From Lama guanicoe (taxonomy: Eukaryota), in assembly GCA_013239625.1 (NCBI GenBank), contig MU054187.1, positions 15,640,941-15,704,940 of the forward strand: a DNA stretch of 64,000 nt, given 5' to 3'. This document shows positions 23,334 to 36,830 of the stretch, one piece after another. The notes beneath the pieces are model-generated. The model did no database searches. It was not told the origin of the DNA and saw nothing but the letters and a program-made list of their open reading frames with translations. The translations under genes were made by a program, and so were the position numbers. Within the stretch, counting starts at the first letter, position 1. Each line of letters opens with the position of its first letter.

Positions 23334-25629
23334 AAAGAGTGTATTTTCCTAGCATAATTTTGTCACGTGGCTGCTTTTTTGTTTCCATTTTGCTAGCTTT
23401 TGGTCCTATATGCCTGTTAGTAGGCTATCTTATTTTCTTTTTAGTGTTAACTTCAGTCAGAAAAGGGCCTATCTTCTAAGCTTTTTTCAGTTTTAGTGCT
23501 TATTTATAGCACCAAAACGACTTCGGCTTCCTTCCCTGAGCTTTCAATTTTAGTTGACGATAGAGTGGATCAGTGGCACAGAAAGCATACACAATGGCTC
23601 ACCAAATATTATTTTGAAAGATGTAAATTCTTTCTTCCTTTCTTTCTCTCTGGTAGTGAGTTTAGTTATTTTTCAGCACACTATTTTAAGTTCTGAGAAT
23701 GGTGCTAATATTCCTCACATGATTTATCATCCAAACCAGTAAGCTTCTGAGAGTACAGTGGATGCTCTTACTGACAAGGCTTGGGCAACAGTCAAAAACT
23801 GTTATCATCTTGTGTAAAGGCAGACTCGTGGGCACCATAACAAGTGTTCATATGACCAGTCAGAGTTAGTTTTAATGTTCAGATGGCAGACTGGTCACTC
23901 AATTATTATGAAGTAATGACAAACCCCTTTTAATATAGCATTTATATCAAAACAATACTTGATTTTCTTGATTCCCTCTAGTAGAATGGTAACACTAAGT
24001 TTCATCTTTATCATATATCATCCTGTTTTGAAGAGGATGGGGACTGTAGAAACTGACTTTTCTTTTCTTCATGTGGAGCCTTGGTCCACATGTTTATGTC
24101 ATAGGTCCAAGTTGAAATTCAACATTTTACTTCCTAAATTATCTACAATTTTTATTTTCTGAGTCAGAACTATGCATTTCTTAGAGGTCTTCATGTTCTC
24201 TTCATTTACAAGCACTGTAGCAGAGAAGAAAGTTTTTAATTCCTCAAGAGGGATGTCACCCTTTGGAGGCAAAGACAAAGCTACTTCAAGACAGGGTTAC
24301 AGGTTCAGCTTGGCTCACCCTCTGGGTCGATGACTTGCTCCTCCTACAGCTTAGTCTCTTATCTAGAGTTTCATTTTGTGGCCTCAGCACAAAACTTATC
24401 TCAAGTCAGTCTCCTTTATTATTCTTGGGCTTTTTCAAACCTTTAAAAGCTAGTTTTGTGGATGTAAAGTATGTACAGTGAAGTGTGTTAGTGAAAATGC
24501 ATGTCACCAGTTATGTAAGTTTGAGCTCTTCAAGTTTATTTCCTCTAAAATCATACTGTAAAAACCTGACTTTATATAAAATGTTAAAAGAAATTCAAAC
24601 ATGCATAGATCTCTCCTATGCCCATGCGTCATTTCTGAGTGGTAGCCAGGGTATGTGCTTTGGTGAAATTCTTTCCATCCACCCATTGTTACCTACAAAG
24701 AAACTCATGACCTATGAAGACTTCTGAGCACATTACTTATTAGAAAAATAATTTAAAGTTACAGGAATTGTTACAGGAAGGAGAGAAAGAAGAACCCGGT
24801 ATAGTCTTATGTCTGCCAAAAAAAAAACTTTAAGCTTTATGATGGAAATTTATATAATATTGCTTTCTCACAGGATGCATAGAATGTTACTCAGTGATTG
24901 ACAGGTGGAATAAGATTTTAGAGGTGAGAAAGGCCCAGTGTGATCATATAACTTCATTCCTGAATTTTACAGGAAACTGACAGCCAGACAGCATTGTTCC
25001 TGGCTTGCTGTGTTCATTCCACTTTTTTCCTACCTATTTAATGGACTTACATGATCTCGAAGGATATGTTCATAGATTTGTTTTCCACTTATATGAAGGA
25101 TTCTTGAAGGCACATTGAATTGTCATTCATTATAAATCTTGACCATATTCCCAAATTTATAGTAAGCCTTCAGTAGATATGTTTGGAATGAATTAATGAG
25201 AAAATGAATGATTATATAAATTAAATTTTAAGAGATTAAATGATTGCTCACCATCTCTCAGCAGGGGAGTGATCATGCCAGGCCCCCTCAACGTAATCTC
25301 TCTATTGTCTACACCAGGCTTCTCTAATATGTGCAACCAGACTCCTTGTTCCAGGACTACCAGTTATATCTGTTTGGTTCCTTGCTAGAAGCAGAACAGC
25401 ATAGACACTAATAAGATTAGTGTCCTTGATCTGCCTCAGTCATGAGCAAGTTTCATATTTTATATTTCTGATCTCCATGTTTTACATTTTATTTTGCAAA
25501 ATGAGGACCATGATGTATGTCCCATAGGATGGTACTGAGAATTAAGAAAGATAAATATAAAATGGTTGATCCATTCCCTGGTACAGCCTAAGGGCTCCAG
25601 CTGTCTACCCTTCTGTTCTTCAATCACAT

Positions 25630-26016
25630 CGGCCAACATGAAGTTCCCGGAAGACACAGGGATTGTTGCCGCCTCAGCGTTGCTGCTGCACACACGGATA
25701 GGGCTCTCCACTGGAGCCCTCTTCTCCCGTTATTTGCTGAGGTCTCTTCCTAAATGTCAAATTTTTAGAGGTCATCTCTAATCAAGTTGAAAAATAACCT
25801 TAATTGCTCTGTCATCTCATCTTGTTTCATTTCTCTTCATCATATTTAGCAGGCGCTGATGTTTTGCTATGTATTTTTTATAGTATCCCACTTGCTCACA
25901 CAAATGAGGCTCATGAAGGCAGGGACTTTGTCCTCCTTCACTGCTCTGTCCCCAGCACTTAGAGGAGTACCTTGCCTATCACATCATTAAACACCTATTT
26001 TTTGAGTGAATGAATG
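25630..26016 (+). mobile_element. L2 3' end
   Basis: GCTCATGAAGGCAGGGACTTTGTC...TTCACTGCTCTGTCCCCAGCACTTAGA...TGAGTGAATGAATG. Confidence 0.8.
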
Positions 26017-26259
26017 GAATCATATAAGAACAAGCTGCTATTAAAAATCAAACTACTTAGAAACACTCATATATATATATATATAACATATATATATATG
26101 TTACTGTAAATGTTAGCAGTTTTGGAGGGAATGACGTAAGATTGTCAATCATACATGAAAAATGAGATAGATGTCTTGAGTTTCTCCTCTGTTGCTCCCA
26201 CAAACATCCCGTTCGTGCAGATAGCATATTCCTTAAAGGCATTTCCTAGCCCACCAAAA

Positions 26260-26497
26260 AGGGATACACTGGGAGTTCAAGATTTGCAGATACTAACTAA
26301 TATACATATATAAATAGATAAACAGCAAGTTCATACTATATAGCACAGGGAATTATATTCAATATCTTGTAGTAACTTATGATGAAAAAGAATATACGTA
26401 TGTTCATGTATGACCGAAGCATTGTGCTATACACCAGAAATTGACACACATTGTAAACTGACTATACTTCAATAAAAAATATATATATATACAAAAA
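26260..26497 (+). mobile_element. L1 3'UTR fragment (cetartiodactyl-type)
   Basis: GGGATACACTGGGAGTTCAAGATTTGCAGATACTAAC...TATAGCACAGGGAATTATATTCAATATC...CAATAAAAAATATATA. Homologous to 47250-47480 and to the young L1 3'UTR. Confidence 0.85.
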
Positions 26498-28209
26498 CCC
26501 CCAAATAATTCATTTTCCAAGTTAAGTATCAAAACTCAGAGCAATAAAACACTAACTGTAAGTTTTTGGGAGATTGAATTCCTAAGAAAGTAATATCAGA
26601 TTACCATACTCTTTTTGAGAACACAAAATGTAGTTTTGAGAACATAAAATTTATGAATGTTTTTTAACCTAAGCGTTATATTTTATATAGCTCTTCTATC
26701 TGTCCCTATTTAGAAATATTTTATTTATTTGTATTTAGGTAACCACAGTGCTTCTAGACAGATAGAAAGTGATTGATAATTAAAAAGATAAGTTTCACAA
26801 AATGTTGATATCTTTAGTTACACACATATCCAACAATGACAACAATTCAGTGGTTCATGTTCAGATAATTTATGCTCCAGAGACCAATTAAATCAATTGC
26901 TACAACCTGGTATTTCCTGCAATGCATGAACATGAAGAACTATAATTTTCTAGATAATTCAGCTCAAAGTATAGCAAATGAAATATGCAAGTAATTTCAG
27001 AAAATGTTCTAGTAACATTTATCTTGATAAATAATTTCATGTCTATGTTTGACTTTGTAGATAGATTCACAATGTCATTCAGTGTCATTGGAATAACTTT
27101 AAAAGCTCATAGAAGTGGTAATTGCCTCTATATTTTCCAGTAGGATGTTAAAATGATTTTAAAAAAATAATCTATTAGTTATTTTAGCTGCTTTTAACAT
27201 ACTAACAGTTGCAATGTTTGCATATTCTATGAAGACTGATTTAATCTCTTCTCCCTCATACAACTAAACAAAACAAACTAAACCAAAAGCAAAAACAAAA
27301 GGTCCTTATTAAGCAGAGTAGTAACTCTATGGAATTAGATATTCTAAATCAGAACTGATTTGTATCAAGCTGTACAAACTTTTCTACCTTATGAACATAA
27401 TTCACTAAGTGGTTATAGAAACTATAAAATACATTTTTATGTGGGAATTCTTTGTCCAGAAGTACAAATGTTTTATAAGCCTGTCCAGAACCTCATGTAA
27501 CTAAAATCTTCATTTTGTACCCTTTTGAGATCTTATTCTCTATGTAAGATCCTAAAAGAATTATTCAAAATTCAACATACTATTTATATGATTACTGAAG
27601 ATGGAAACAGGAAAGTAGAAGGTTAATTCTGAATGAATTGAGCCCCAACTAAGAACGAGATTTTAGAAGCAGAAGGGTGGTGTGAGAACTGAGATATCAC
27701 ACAATTTGAGAGGAGACTTACGAGACTGTTACAAGCATTTGCTGATTTGTGTGCTGGAGGTTCTTTTTTTTCTTTAATCCTTTTTCTATTTTTCTGAAAG
27801 CATGATCCTCTGGAAAATAACACTTTCTGTGTTTTCTTGGATTACTTGGTTTTCATTTCAAGTTTCTACTTGAAGCTATATCTTATCTGGGTCATTTTTT
27901 AGGCCTAATTCCTTTTTTTAAAAAATGGAACATAAAGAACTGACTCTAGTGTTTCCTTAGAAAGTAAACAAAATACAGTTCTTACCAGGTTAGTAACTTA
28001 AATCGATTCCTGGTATTCTGAAGATGATAAAATTAACACTCTATATATGAAAGCCACATAGAATAAAGTGTCTGTTTTAACCAGTTTAATTGTTTAAATA
28101 TTTACCAAGTCTCTGATAGATCCAGAACAGATCCATTGACTAATTAATTAATGTAGTCATCTCCCAGGTATCTGAAGTATTCAGAGCATATTACAAGGCT
28201 TTATATTAT

Positions 28210-28660
28210 AGCGATGGATTGTTCCGCAGGCCAGTTGTGAAGAGAACACACGTGCACTGGTTTTCATGATGGAGATCATATCTCTTACAAGTCCATTCAT
28301 CTAAGAGAAAGTGAGATGAGGGACGTGTATTAGCCTCCTGCCACCGCATCTCTCTTTCGGCACAGCCGGATCACCTTGACTTGAAGTGAGCTGGGATGTG
28401 AGCTAAACAGGTGGGCCCTGTTTAGTGACGGACCCGAAGCAGATTCGCGGGGAGCTTGGGATCCTCACAAGGCTAGATTCAAGAACTTCAGGATGAAGTT
28501 TAGATGATTAACCTAGTGATCGAGGAGTGACCATAGTAAGGTAGTGTTACTTGATAGTAGAAATTTTTAGGAAAATAAAAACTTACTATTACCGCTGCAG
28601 AAATTAGGTTCTCTTTCCTGAGGAATTATCAGAAATGAGTTCGTGCGAGATGCAGTATAC
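28210..28660 (+). promoter_or_regulatory. CpG-retaining unique patch; candidate alternative promoter/first exon
   Basis: About 15 CpGs in 450 bp against a CpG-poor background. E-box CACGTG 28249-28254, half-CRE TGACG 28426-28430, possible donor ATA|GTAAGG at 28535/28536. Confidence 0.4.
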
Positions 28661-29444
28661 AAAATGAAAGAATGATTATGTTTTAAGAAGTATATATGTG
28701 TATATATGTATATATATACACTTACAAATGTGTGTACATACATATGTTTATATTGCTAGGAGTGAGATGATGACCTTTTGCAGTAGAGGACAAATTAGAG
28801 AATGATGCTAATTTTAAAGAAAATCTACTGAGTTATTAAGTTATGTTTTAAGACTAGCCTGCTTACTGCTAGGTGGTTAGGATCAGAAATGCACATTTGG
28901 GAGGTAGTAATAATAGTAGCATCTCCTATCGTATATAATATCTTTGAATTAACGTGTATATAGATAAATAAGACAGGGTTAAAACCAAATCTTGAATTAA
29001 GGATGGGAGGAAAATGTAAAATCCAATTTAGAAGATTCTGAAGAAGGAAGAAAATGGCCAGGAGAAAGAAGACCACTGTTTGTTTATATTTAATGAACTG
29101 GCTTTTATCTACTTACCATGGATGGGGCAGTTGTCAGAATGAGGGAAACCTTGAGAACAAAGAGATACTCAGACTGATTTTCAAAGACTTATTTTTCCAA
29201 AGAAAGCAGGGATCAAATTTTTTTATTTCTACTGAAACACGAAGCAAAGCAAAGACCTATTCTAACTTTGAAAATTTAGATATGTATTAATGTCTCCATC
29301 ATCCCAGAAGCTCCTTGAAGGCAAGAATTGTATATTCTTCATTCCTTTGTTTCCTAAATGCCTGGTACACGTGCTGCATTTATTTAATTGAATTTACACC
29401 CTCGTGGAAAGAGGCAACAACTTGCACTTACAGGCTGGCATTCG

Positions 29445-29491
29445 GGGGCAGAGTTCACGTTGCTTCGGCATAGTAAGTGGGTCAAAGTTAA
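29445..29491 (+). promoter_or_regulatory. Pair of DR1 nuclear-receptor elements (HNF4 or PPAR:RXR-like)
   Basis: GGGGCA-G-AGTTCA (29445-29457) and AAGT-GGGTCA-A-AGTTAA (29475-29491) in a locally CpG-rich segment. Confidence 0.45.
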
Positions 29492-30494
29492 GAACACAGT
29501 TTTCATGTCAAGTATGCTTTTAAATCAAAAGCGAAAGTTACGAAGAGTAATAAAAATCCCCTTGCTCTATTTTTATTTTCCGAATGACTGATATTTTAGA
29601 CTATTTCTAACAGCTAAAATATTAAGGTGAAAATTCTGAGTATCTTAAAATGTATAATTTTAAGGGACGGTAATGATTTTTTGTCTTAGTAAGATTCTGA
29701 AGCAAGCTGTTATGATTATATTCAAAATACAATAATATAAAATATTAGGCATTCTTTATATTTCCCATTTATTTTTTATTCACTTACAATGACTACATTC
29801 ATTCAATGTTCATTCAACAAATGTTTATCTATCTATGTAGATATCTGTCACCTATCTGCCCATCTAGCCATCATCTGCACAGTCCTAAGCAGGCTGGGAT
29901 TATACAGAGACATAATTCTTATTCTCTAATGAGAAGGAGCTTCATAGTAGCTAAGTGACTAATGAGTATGAAACTGAATAGAATGTGGGCTAGATGATAA
30001 TATCAAATGTGCCTTGTAGCAGTACGTGTACGACTCCACTCCTAGACAGTATGACATTCATAAAGTGTCATGAGTTCAAAGGAAGGAAAGAGCACTGTGG
30101 CTTGTCAACAATATAAGACCTAATTTATGTGTAGAATTTTAAACTTGTGTCTGAATTTTTCTCATTATGTAGAAAAGTATTCTAATTTCTCTGCACTAAA
30201 CAAATAAACTATATATAACATGATCAGGAAATCAAGAGGAGCATGAAAAAAATAGATGCTTTGTTGGGTGATAGGATTCTGGACAATAAAATATTTATTC
30301 TAGTCTTGACTTCATAATGTTGCTTCTGTAGTGCTGTTTATAAATGAACTGTGTACTTTGGCTTCATATTAGCAAAGAGAAATAAACTCTGCTATGTCCT
30401 TGTTTAAAATCAAGTAACTAATTCATATATATATTCACTCAGGAAATGTTTGTTCATTTATGCATTTAATCATATACTGTTTATTCATACCTCC

Positions 30495-30845
30495 TGTCTC
30501 AGTCAGTTTGGGCTTCTCTAACAAATTACTGTAGACTGGGTGGCTTAAACAACAAACATTTATTTCTCACCACTCTGGAGGCTGGAAGTCCAGGATCCTG
30601 GCACCAGCATGGCAACAGCCCTCTTCCCGGTTGCAGACAGCTGACTTCTTGATATATCCTCACATGGCAGAAAGACCACTAGCCACCTCTGGCCTTTTCT
30701 TATAAGGGCACTAATCCCACTCATGGGGGATTCCACCTTCATGGCCTAATTATCTCCCAGAGGCCTCAACTCTAAATACCATCTCTTTGGGATTAGCATT
30801 TCAACATATGAATTTTAGGAGGACACAAACGTTCAGTGTCCTTTC
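30495..30845 (-). mobile_element. MaLR solo LTR (MLT1A-like)
   Basis: TGTCTCAGTCAGTTTGGGC...GGGTGGCTTAAACAACAAACATTTATTTCTCAC...TATAAGGGCACTAATCCCAC...GGACACAAACGTTCAG. Confidence 0.9.
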
Positions 30846-32464
30846 ATCCATTAGAGTGATCCAGACACCGATGGTGGGGTAGACTGGCATTTGCTTTCAG
30901 AATACTGGCAGTCTAGAAAAAATTCCCCATCTCTGAATTGTGAACTTACATGTGTGTGTGCGTGTGTCTGCAAGTATATAGACATATGTGTATGTGTAAC
31001 TCTGGAAGTATTTAATGAGCACCTACTGGGGTCATACAAGATACAGGGACTTTTCTGTTTGGTGATGTATAGAATTCATCCTCACATTCCAGGTAAGAAA
31101 CACTCAAAGCAGAAATTTTCCTAGAACCAAAGCAGATTGTAAGATCTGCCAGACCTTTTGCTCAATGTCAATGATGGTTTCCTGAAGAGTTGTTTTACAA
31201 ATGACATAAGATTGTGTCTTGAGGTGATGTACAGTGAAAAACCATGTGCCATGGAAATAGGGGGAGTTTTGTAATCATTTTTCTTTAGTCATATTTTATG
31301 CTTTTTATAAAAGTGATCATGATTTTCAGTGAGAATTCACCTGGCTGTGAGGCCTCCTGGATACTAATTAACTTGTACTGTGTTATAATCCTGTACTCAG
31401 AAAGGTTAAATCGATACATTGCATCTGAGGGACAAAAATCTCTTTAAAAAACACTGTGTACACAAAGAATTCCTGAAAATGACTGATAACTAAGTGGTTT
31501 GAAAGAGTTAACGTAGTTCCCTATAGGCCTAGTTCATGAAGACAGTACCTGTTCCTTTATTGAAAACATGGATATGGTTTTTAAATTTAGTCTATTTATG
31601 TGGAGAGACTGTGGTGACAAAAAGAACTTATTTCTTTTAACTCAGTTTATCACTTAATCTATAAATGCAAACCATGTTAAAAGATGCTTGGGAAAAAAAA
31701 AAACTTGAAAGCTGACATTAACCTCCCAAACCAGCTGAAGGTGCTCAAAAGACAATAAGGGCAAAATTTCATTATATAGACTTCAAGTGGGTTTTTAAAG
31801 AAACCCATAGCCTTTCCAACTAAAATGATGAAAGCTGTCCTGATTCTAATTGACAAGTGTTATATATAAAAGAGTTCTTGCCTTCATTCTTATCAAAACT
31901 GTGGGGATTTCCAATGATAGGACAATATTATGTGGGTGGAAACTTCTCAGAAGAATAGAGAACTTATCAGTATTTACTTAGGTTCTATTACATTCAGAGC
32001 CATAAAAGCAACTACACTCATAAATTTATAGCCAGTCAAGGATATTGCCTCTTCCCCAAAGAGACTGGATATTAAAGGAGTAGAGTGAATGAGCTCAAAT
32101 CATGAAATGGTTTCAATATTGGAGGAGTTTTCTCCTTCATATTTCAACTTGTAGACAATATGTTATGAAGAATCACTGGCTAGCTAACTTGGGGGGTTTG
32201 GAAGCAAAAAAGCATCTTAACCACTTTTTCTTCCAAATTTTCTTTTATTTTTCTTCTACAATTAGTACTTAATAGTAATATCTATCCTTTAATGAACCCT
32301 AATTGTAGGCTAATGATCAACAAACTTGCTTGAATAGATGTTTTTAGAAACTTAACTTTTGCAGATAAAGAAACCAGAGGTTCATAGAGTTTAGGAATCT
32401 TGCTCAAAATCATGTAGCAGAGACAGGATGTAAGCCTAGATTTTTCTGATTCTGAAGCAGACTC

Positions 32465-32944
32465 TGCATTACCTTCCTAATTCTGCTGTAAACAAATTAC
32501 CACAAATGGAGTGGCTTGGAATAACACAGATTTATTATTTAACAGCTCCGGAAGTCAGAAGTCCCAAAAGGGTCTCATTAGGCTAAACTCAAAGCTACAT
32601 TCCTCTGAGACAAGGGGGAGAATCCTTCTCTTGCCTTTTTCTTCTCCTACAGTCTTCCTCCATTCCTTGGCCCACAGCCCCCTCTTCCATCTTCTGCCTT
32701 CAAAGCCAGCAATCCTGTTGCTCTAATCTTTATTTCTGTCTTCGCATCTCCTCTTCTGACTTTCCCCATCCCATCTTTTAAAGACTTCTGTGATTACATT
32801 GAGCCCACCCAGATTATCCAGGATAATCCCCCTATTTAAAGGTCGTTAATCACATCTACAGAATCACTTTTGCCATGTAAAGTAACATACTCAGAGCTTC
32901 CAGGTATTAGCTCATTTTAAAATGCGATGATTCTGCCCACCACA
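32465..32944 (-). mobile_element. MaLR solo LTR (MLT1C/D-like)
   Basis: TGCATTACCTTCCTAATTCTGCTGTAAACAAATTACCACAAA...GATTACATTGAGCCCACCCAGATTATCCAGGATAATC...TTCTGCCCACCACA; TG...CA termini. Confidence 0.88.
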
Positions 32945-33598
32945 GGAGCTAAAGCAGATCTGGGTAAATACACTGCAATGTGCGTGTGTGTTTTTTTAAT
33001 TAATATTTTGGTATTAGAATTTAGTAGACTAAAATTGTAATCAGTAAAATTAATGATCACTAACATGGTGATAGTATGTACTCTGTATATTGTGCAATGT
33101 GTATATGGTATGCAGTAGATTGTATAATGAGGCGGTTTTGAATCCAGAAAACTTCCTGCTCCATCGTTTACTACCTGTACAACCAGAGATAATTCTCTCA
33201 GTGCCATTTCTTTAGGATTGGAATGGTGGTAAATTGTGCCAAATTTTATCCTTAGAATAAATGGAAAGATATTTCAACAGTTAGCTGGTAGGTGGTCAAC
33301 AACTTCTTGTTCCTTCTCCGTTTTTAGAAAATAACAGAGGAGGCCAATAAAATAGTGTATGCCACACTCTAATGTTCTGTCTGATAACAGACTTGCAAAA
33401 ACTATTCATTTTCTAGACAAGTTGAACAATTTATAGGCCTTGTTTTTATTTAACAAATAATATTCTGCTGCTCAATATTCTTTTTTTTCCCCTTCTAGTA
33501 TTCAGTGCCTGCTTTGTTTGCTTTTTACTCTAATGGTAAATATGGGCATTTGAATTAACTCATTAATTTGATGATGGCTTTTTCTCATTCCATTTTAG

Positions 33599-33645
33599 GT
33601 ACTTGGTTTTTCAAGATGAAGTTTTTTCTACTGTTTTTTGTGATT
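33599..33645 (+). other. Candidate 47-nt exon containing an ATG
   Basis: Acceptor CTTTTTCTCATTCCATTTTAG|, donor ATT|GTAAGT. ATG at 33616 with A at -3 begins MKFFLLFFVI. Confidence 0.35.
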
Positions 33646-33699
33646 GTAAGTGTAGGACTAGTAGTTTCATGGGCAATGGATCCTGGGTCAATCTTTTAA

Positions 33700-35300
33700 A
33701 AATAATTTAAAATAAACCAGAGTCTCATCTTATAGGAGAGTTATAATAAAAAGTACCATCTCCGCCTCTTCACTTCCTCATTCTGATCGCAGTCCCAGGG
33801 GCCACTCCCACCTGTAGGTTTTCAGTTGTTCCTCTGGGCCGCTGCACTGTAATTCTCCATCACGTGACTGTCAACTTTGAACTGATATCTTTGACTTCTG
33901 ACGTGAAACTTGAGGATCTGTTCCATTTAGCTTACCCCACCTTTCCCTGTCCCTCCTTTCAATATTTGACATATGTATGTTGTTTTATTTTCTTCTATTG
34001 ATTACTTTTGCAACTCAAAATAATGTAGTTAAAAGTTTCTCTTTTCTAGCAAGTGTGTACTGTTCACTTTCTAAGATGAGTTATGAAAACTTTTGCCAAT
34101 TTCCTCAACTTTTCCTTCCCCTAGGGACTTACTTTTAGTCAGTTAAACTTTTACTTTTATATTGTCAAACTTGTTATATTTATGTTCTTTCTAGAACCAC
34201 CACAGAGTCTTCCTTTTTTTTTTTTTCCTCGATATATTGACTCTAAATGTTGGAAACACATGAACATTGTTGGCACCCACAAGCGTTACCTAATGCTGAA
34301 TCGTGCTGTGTTGCTGGATGGAGGTCCATCCTAGGAAATCTAAGACAAGCCTGGAGGAAAGGTCATCGTGTCCAAATGGACTTTCTTTTTGTTTATTTTT
34401 CAAATTGGTTGCTTGACATGATTCCATATTCACATTTACTTTATATCTGGGCCTTGACTTTTTCATACAGGCTTGTTTTTATCCTGAAATTTCAAATTGT
34501 GTTTCTTTTTGCTTCCTAGTCTAAATTCGCTGTACCTTACCCTCATTTTATTCTTCCCCTCTAAGTCTATGTTTTATCAGAATTTTTTTCCACCTGGAAA
34601 CTTCCCTTGTGAAGCTCTACATATTTTTCAAAAATCTCACAATGTAGTGTCCTGAAATTTCAAAAGAATATGAGTGTGGACCTTTCTTCACTCGTTGTAT
34701 TGGGCACCCCCCCCCCAACCATGGGCCTGTTTAATTTTGAAACTTATTATCTTGCTTTGGTTTAGGGCTGTTTTCCAGTTTTTTCCTTGGTGATTTCTTC
34801 ATTCCCATTTTTTGTTTTCATTTTATCATTCTCATTTCTGTTAATTTTGTCCCCTAGATTAGTTTTCTATGTATCTTATCTCCTATTTCATATTTTTATT
34901 CTCTTTCTACATTGCTTTTTACATAAATATTTTTATCGCTTAAGTTTTAGGCATCTGGTACATTTCATGTTTTGGTTATTATATGTTTAATTTCTAAGTT
35001 CTCTTTCTAGCTCTATAATTATTTCTATTTTTAATTTACATTAATTATTTAAACCTATAAAATATACCATACATGTATGAAACAGGTAAGATATTGTCTT
35101 CAAGACTGTCTTGGCTATTTTTATTATCTTCAATACCATACAGATGTTTAAAATGAATTTGTTAATATTCACTGAAACTCATGCTTGGATTTTCATTAGA
35201 AATGCTGTAATTCTGTTGATTAATTTGTAAAGGGTTGAAAACTTCGATTTATTGTGTGATCTGATTCATGAACATGATTTATCTCTGTTGGTATCTTCAA
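33700..35300 (-). mobile_element. Decayed old L1/HAL1 fragments
   Basis: GTCCTGAAATTTCA...TGTGGACCTTTCTTCA (ORF1-like antisense) and GACTGTCTTGGCTATT...GCTTGGATTTTCATTAG...ATTCATGAACATG (ORF2 antisense). Confidence 0.5.
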
Positions 35301-35478
35301 CTTTGGGGTTTTATGCATGGGGGCATTTCATATATATATGCACACATATTTATACATATATATATATGTATAAATGTATATATATACTTCTTAACAAGTA
35401 TATTATAATTTTATAGAGAACCACAGTTTTAAGGGGAAAAAGCCCTCTGTTTTCTTTACTTGGAGGTAAAGGAAAAGC

Positions 35479-35929
35479 TGTATTAGTCAGCTATTGCTAC
35501 AGTGTTGCATAACAACAGCAACCAAATCTTAAAATCCCTAGTGACTTATTTATTTTTATACTCCCAAGGGTGTAAAGTGGCTGATGTAGGCTAGGCTTCT
35601 ATGGATCAGGGCTACACTACAGGCTTCGGATTAGGTTTCAGGCCTGAGATCCAGGCTGAAGGAGCAGTAGAATGAGTGGCATGTTCTTTCTGTGGCAGAT
35701 CACAGGTGCAGGAGAGAGCAAGCCAAGCCATGCAAGCAGTTAACATTTCTGTTACATCATGTCCACTATCATTCTATTAGCCAAAGCAATTTCATAGCCA
35801 AGCCCAACCTTAGTGGGATAGGGCAGTATATGCCACCCGCCATGGGAGGGACTGTAAAATTACATGGCACAGGTATAAAATCCTGGTATAAGAAACTGAA
35901 TAATTAGAACAATGATCCAATTTATCTCA
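35479..35929 (-). mobile_element. Old MaLR LTR (MLT1H/I/J-like)
   Basis: TGTATTAGTCAGCTATTGCTACAG...CATTCTATTAGCCAAAGCAATTTCATAGCCAAGCCC...GGGAGGGACTGTAAAATTACATGGC...TCTCA. Confidence 0.75.
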
Positions 35930-36224
35930 GGAGGAAAGCATATGAGTAGAAGTATGAGTATTCTTGATATACGTGACTTTTCGTTTGTTTTGCCATTATC
36001 AGACACATCCACAAGTATTTTTTTTAATAGTTTCACTTACAGGATTAAACATGTTACTCATTTACTTCTTAGTAATACATAAGTAGTTACTGTATGGTAG
36101 TAGTGGTAAAAATCAGAGGGGAAAAAGCCTCAATCACTCGTGAGTACAAGATCTGTGTTTCAAACTGACCAATGAATATTCCTCAGGGACCTTATCCTCC
36201 ATATGTGCCATTATTTCATTAAGT

Positions 36225-36830
36225 CTTCATTCACCCTAATCCTGCTGCTCCTCAATTCCCCATTATCAAACCTCTGTTATCCTCAAGTTTTTCTTCTTTT
36301 GCATCTCTATATCCATCCACCTGGTGATCAGATCTGTCAGTTCCAACTCCATGTACTTTCCAATCTCCTCACTCCATTTGAAGTTTTCATCTTTAACCAA
36401 GAGTTTTACCTCACAGGGGTTTGGGGCAGAGGCTTCTTACAAAAAAAAAAAAAAAGAAAAAAAAAATCAGAGCATATCCTGTGTTTAGAGCCTCAGCTGC
36501 TAGGGTTCTGGCTCTCCATGGACTGAAATCTCCACATCTTTAGGATGACATCTACGGTCCTTCACAAGTGGGTCTCGATGTTTTCTCACCTGGAAAACCT
36601 CCAGCTTCCATCTCCTCTCCTCTGTCTGCCACTCAAAGTAGAGTATATGGAATGCTGACTTCCAGACTTTTCGGTATTCTCTGTCCTGGCCATCATCCAC
36701 CGCCTTCCCCCATCTCTGTAAACTCCAATTCACCCTCCAGAACCGGTGCAGGCATCTCTTTGCCCTCAGGCTTTGCCTGACTCCCAGTCGGTGGTCCTCT
36801 TCTGGGCTTCTCACAGCATTCCACCCAGAT
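36225..36830 (+). mobile_element. Decayed L2-like fragment
   Basis: Pyrimidine-rich tract with ATCCACCTGGTGATCAG and CTCTCCATGGACTGAAATCTCCAC-type L2 motifs. Confidence 0.4.
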
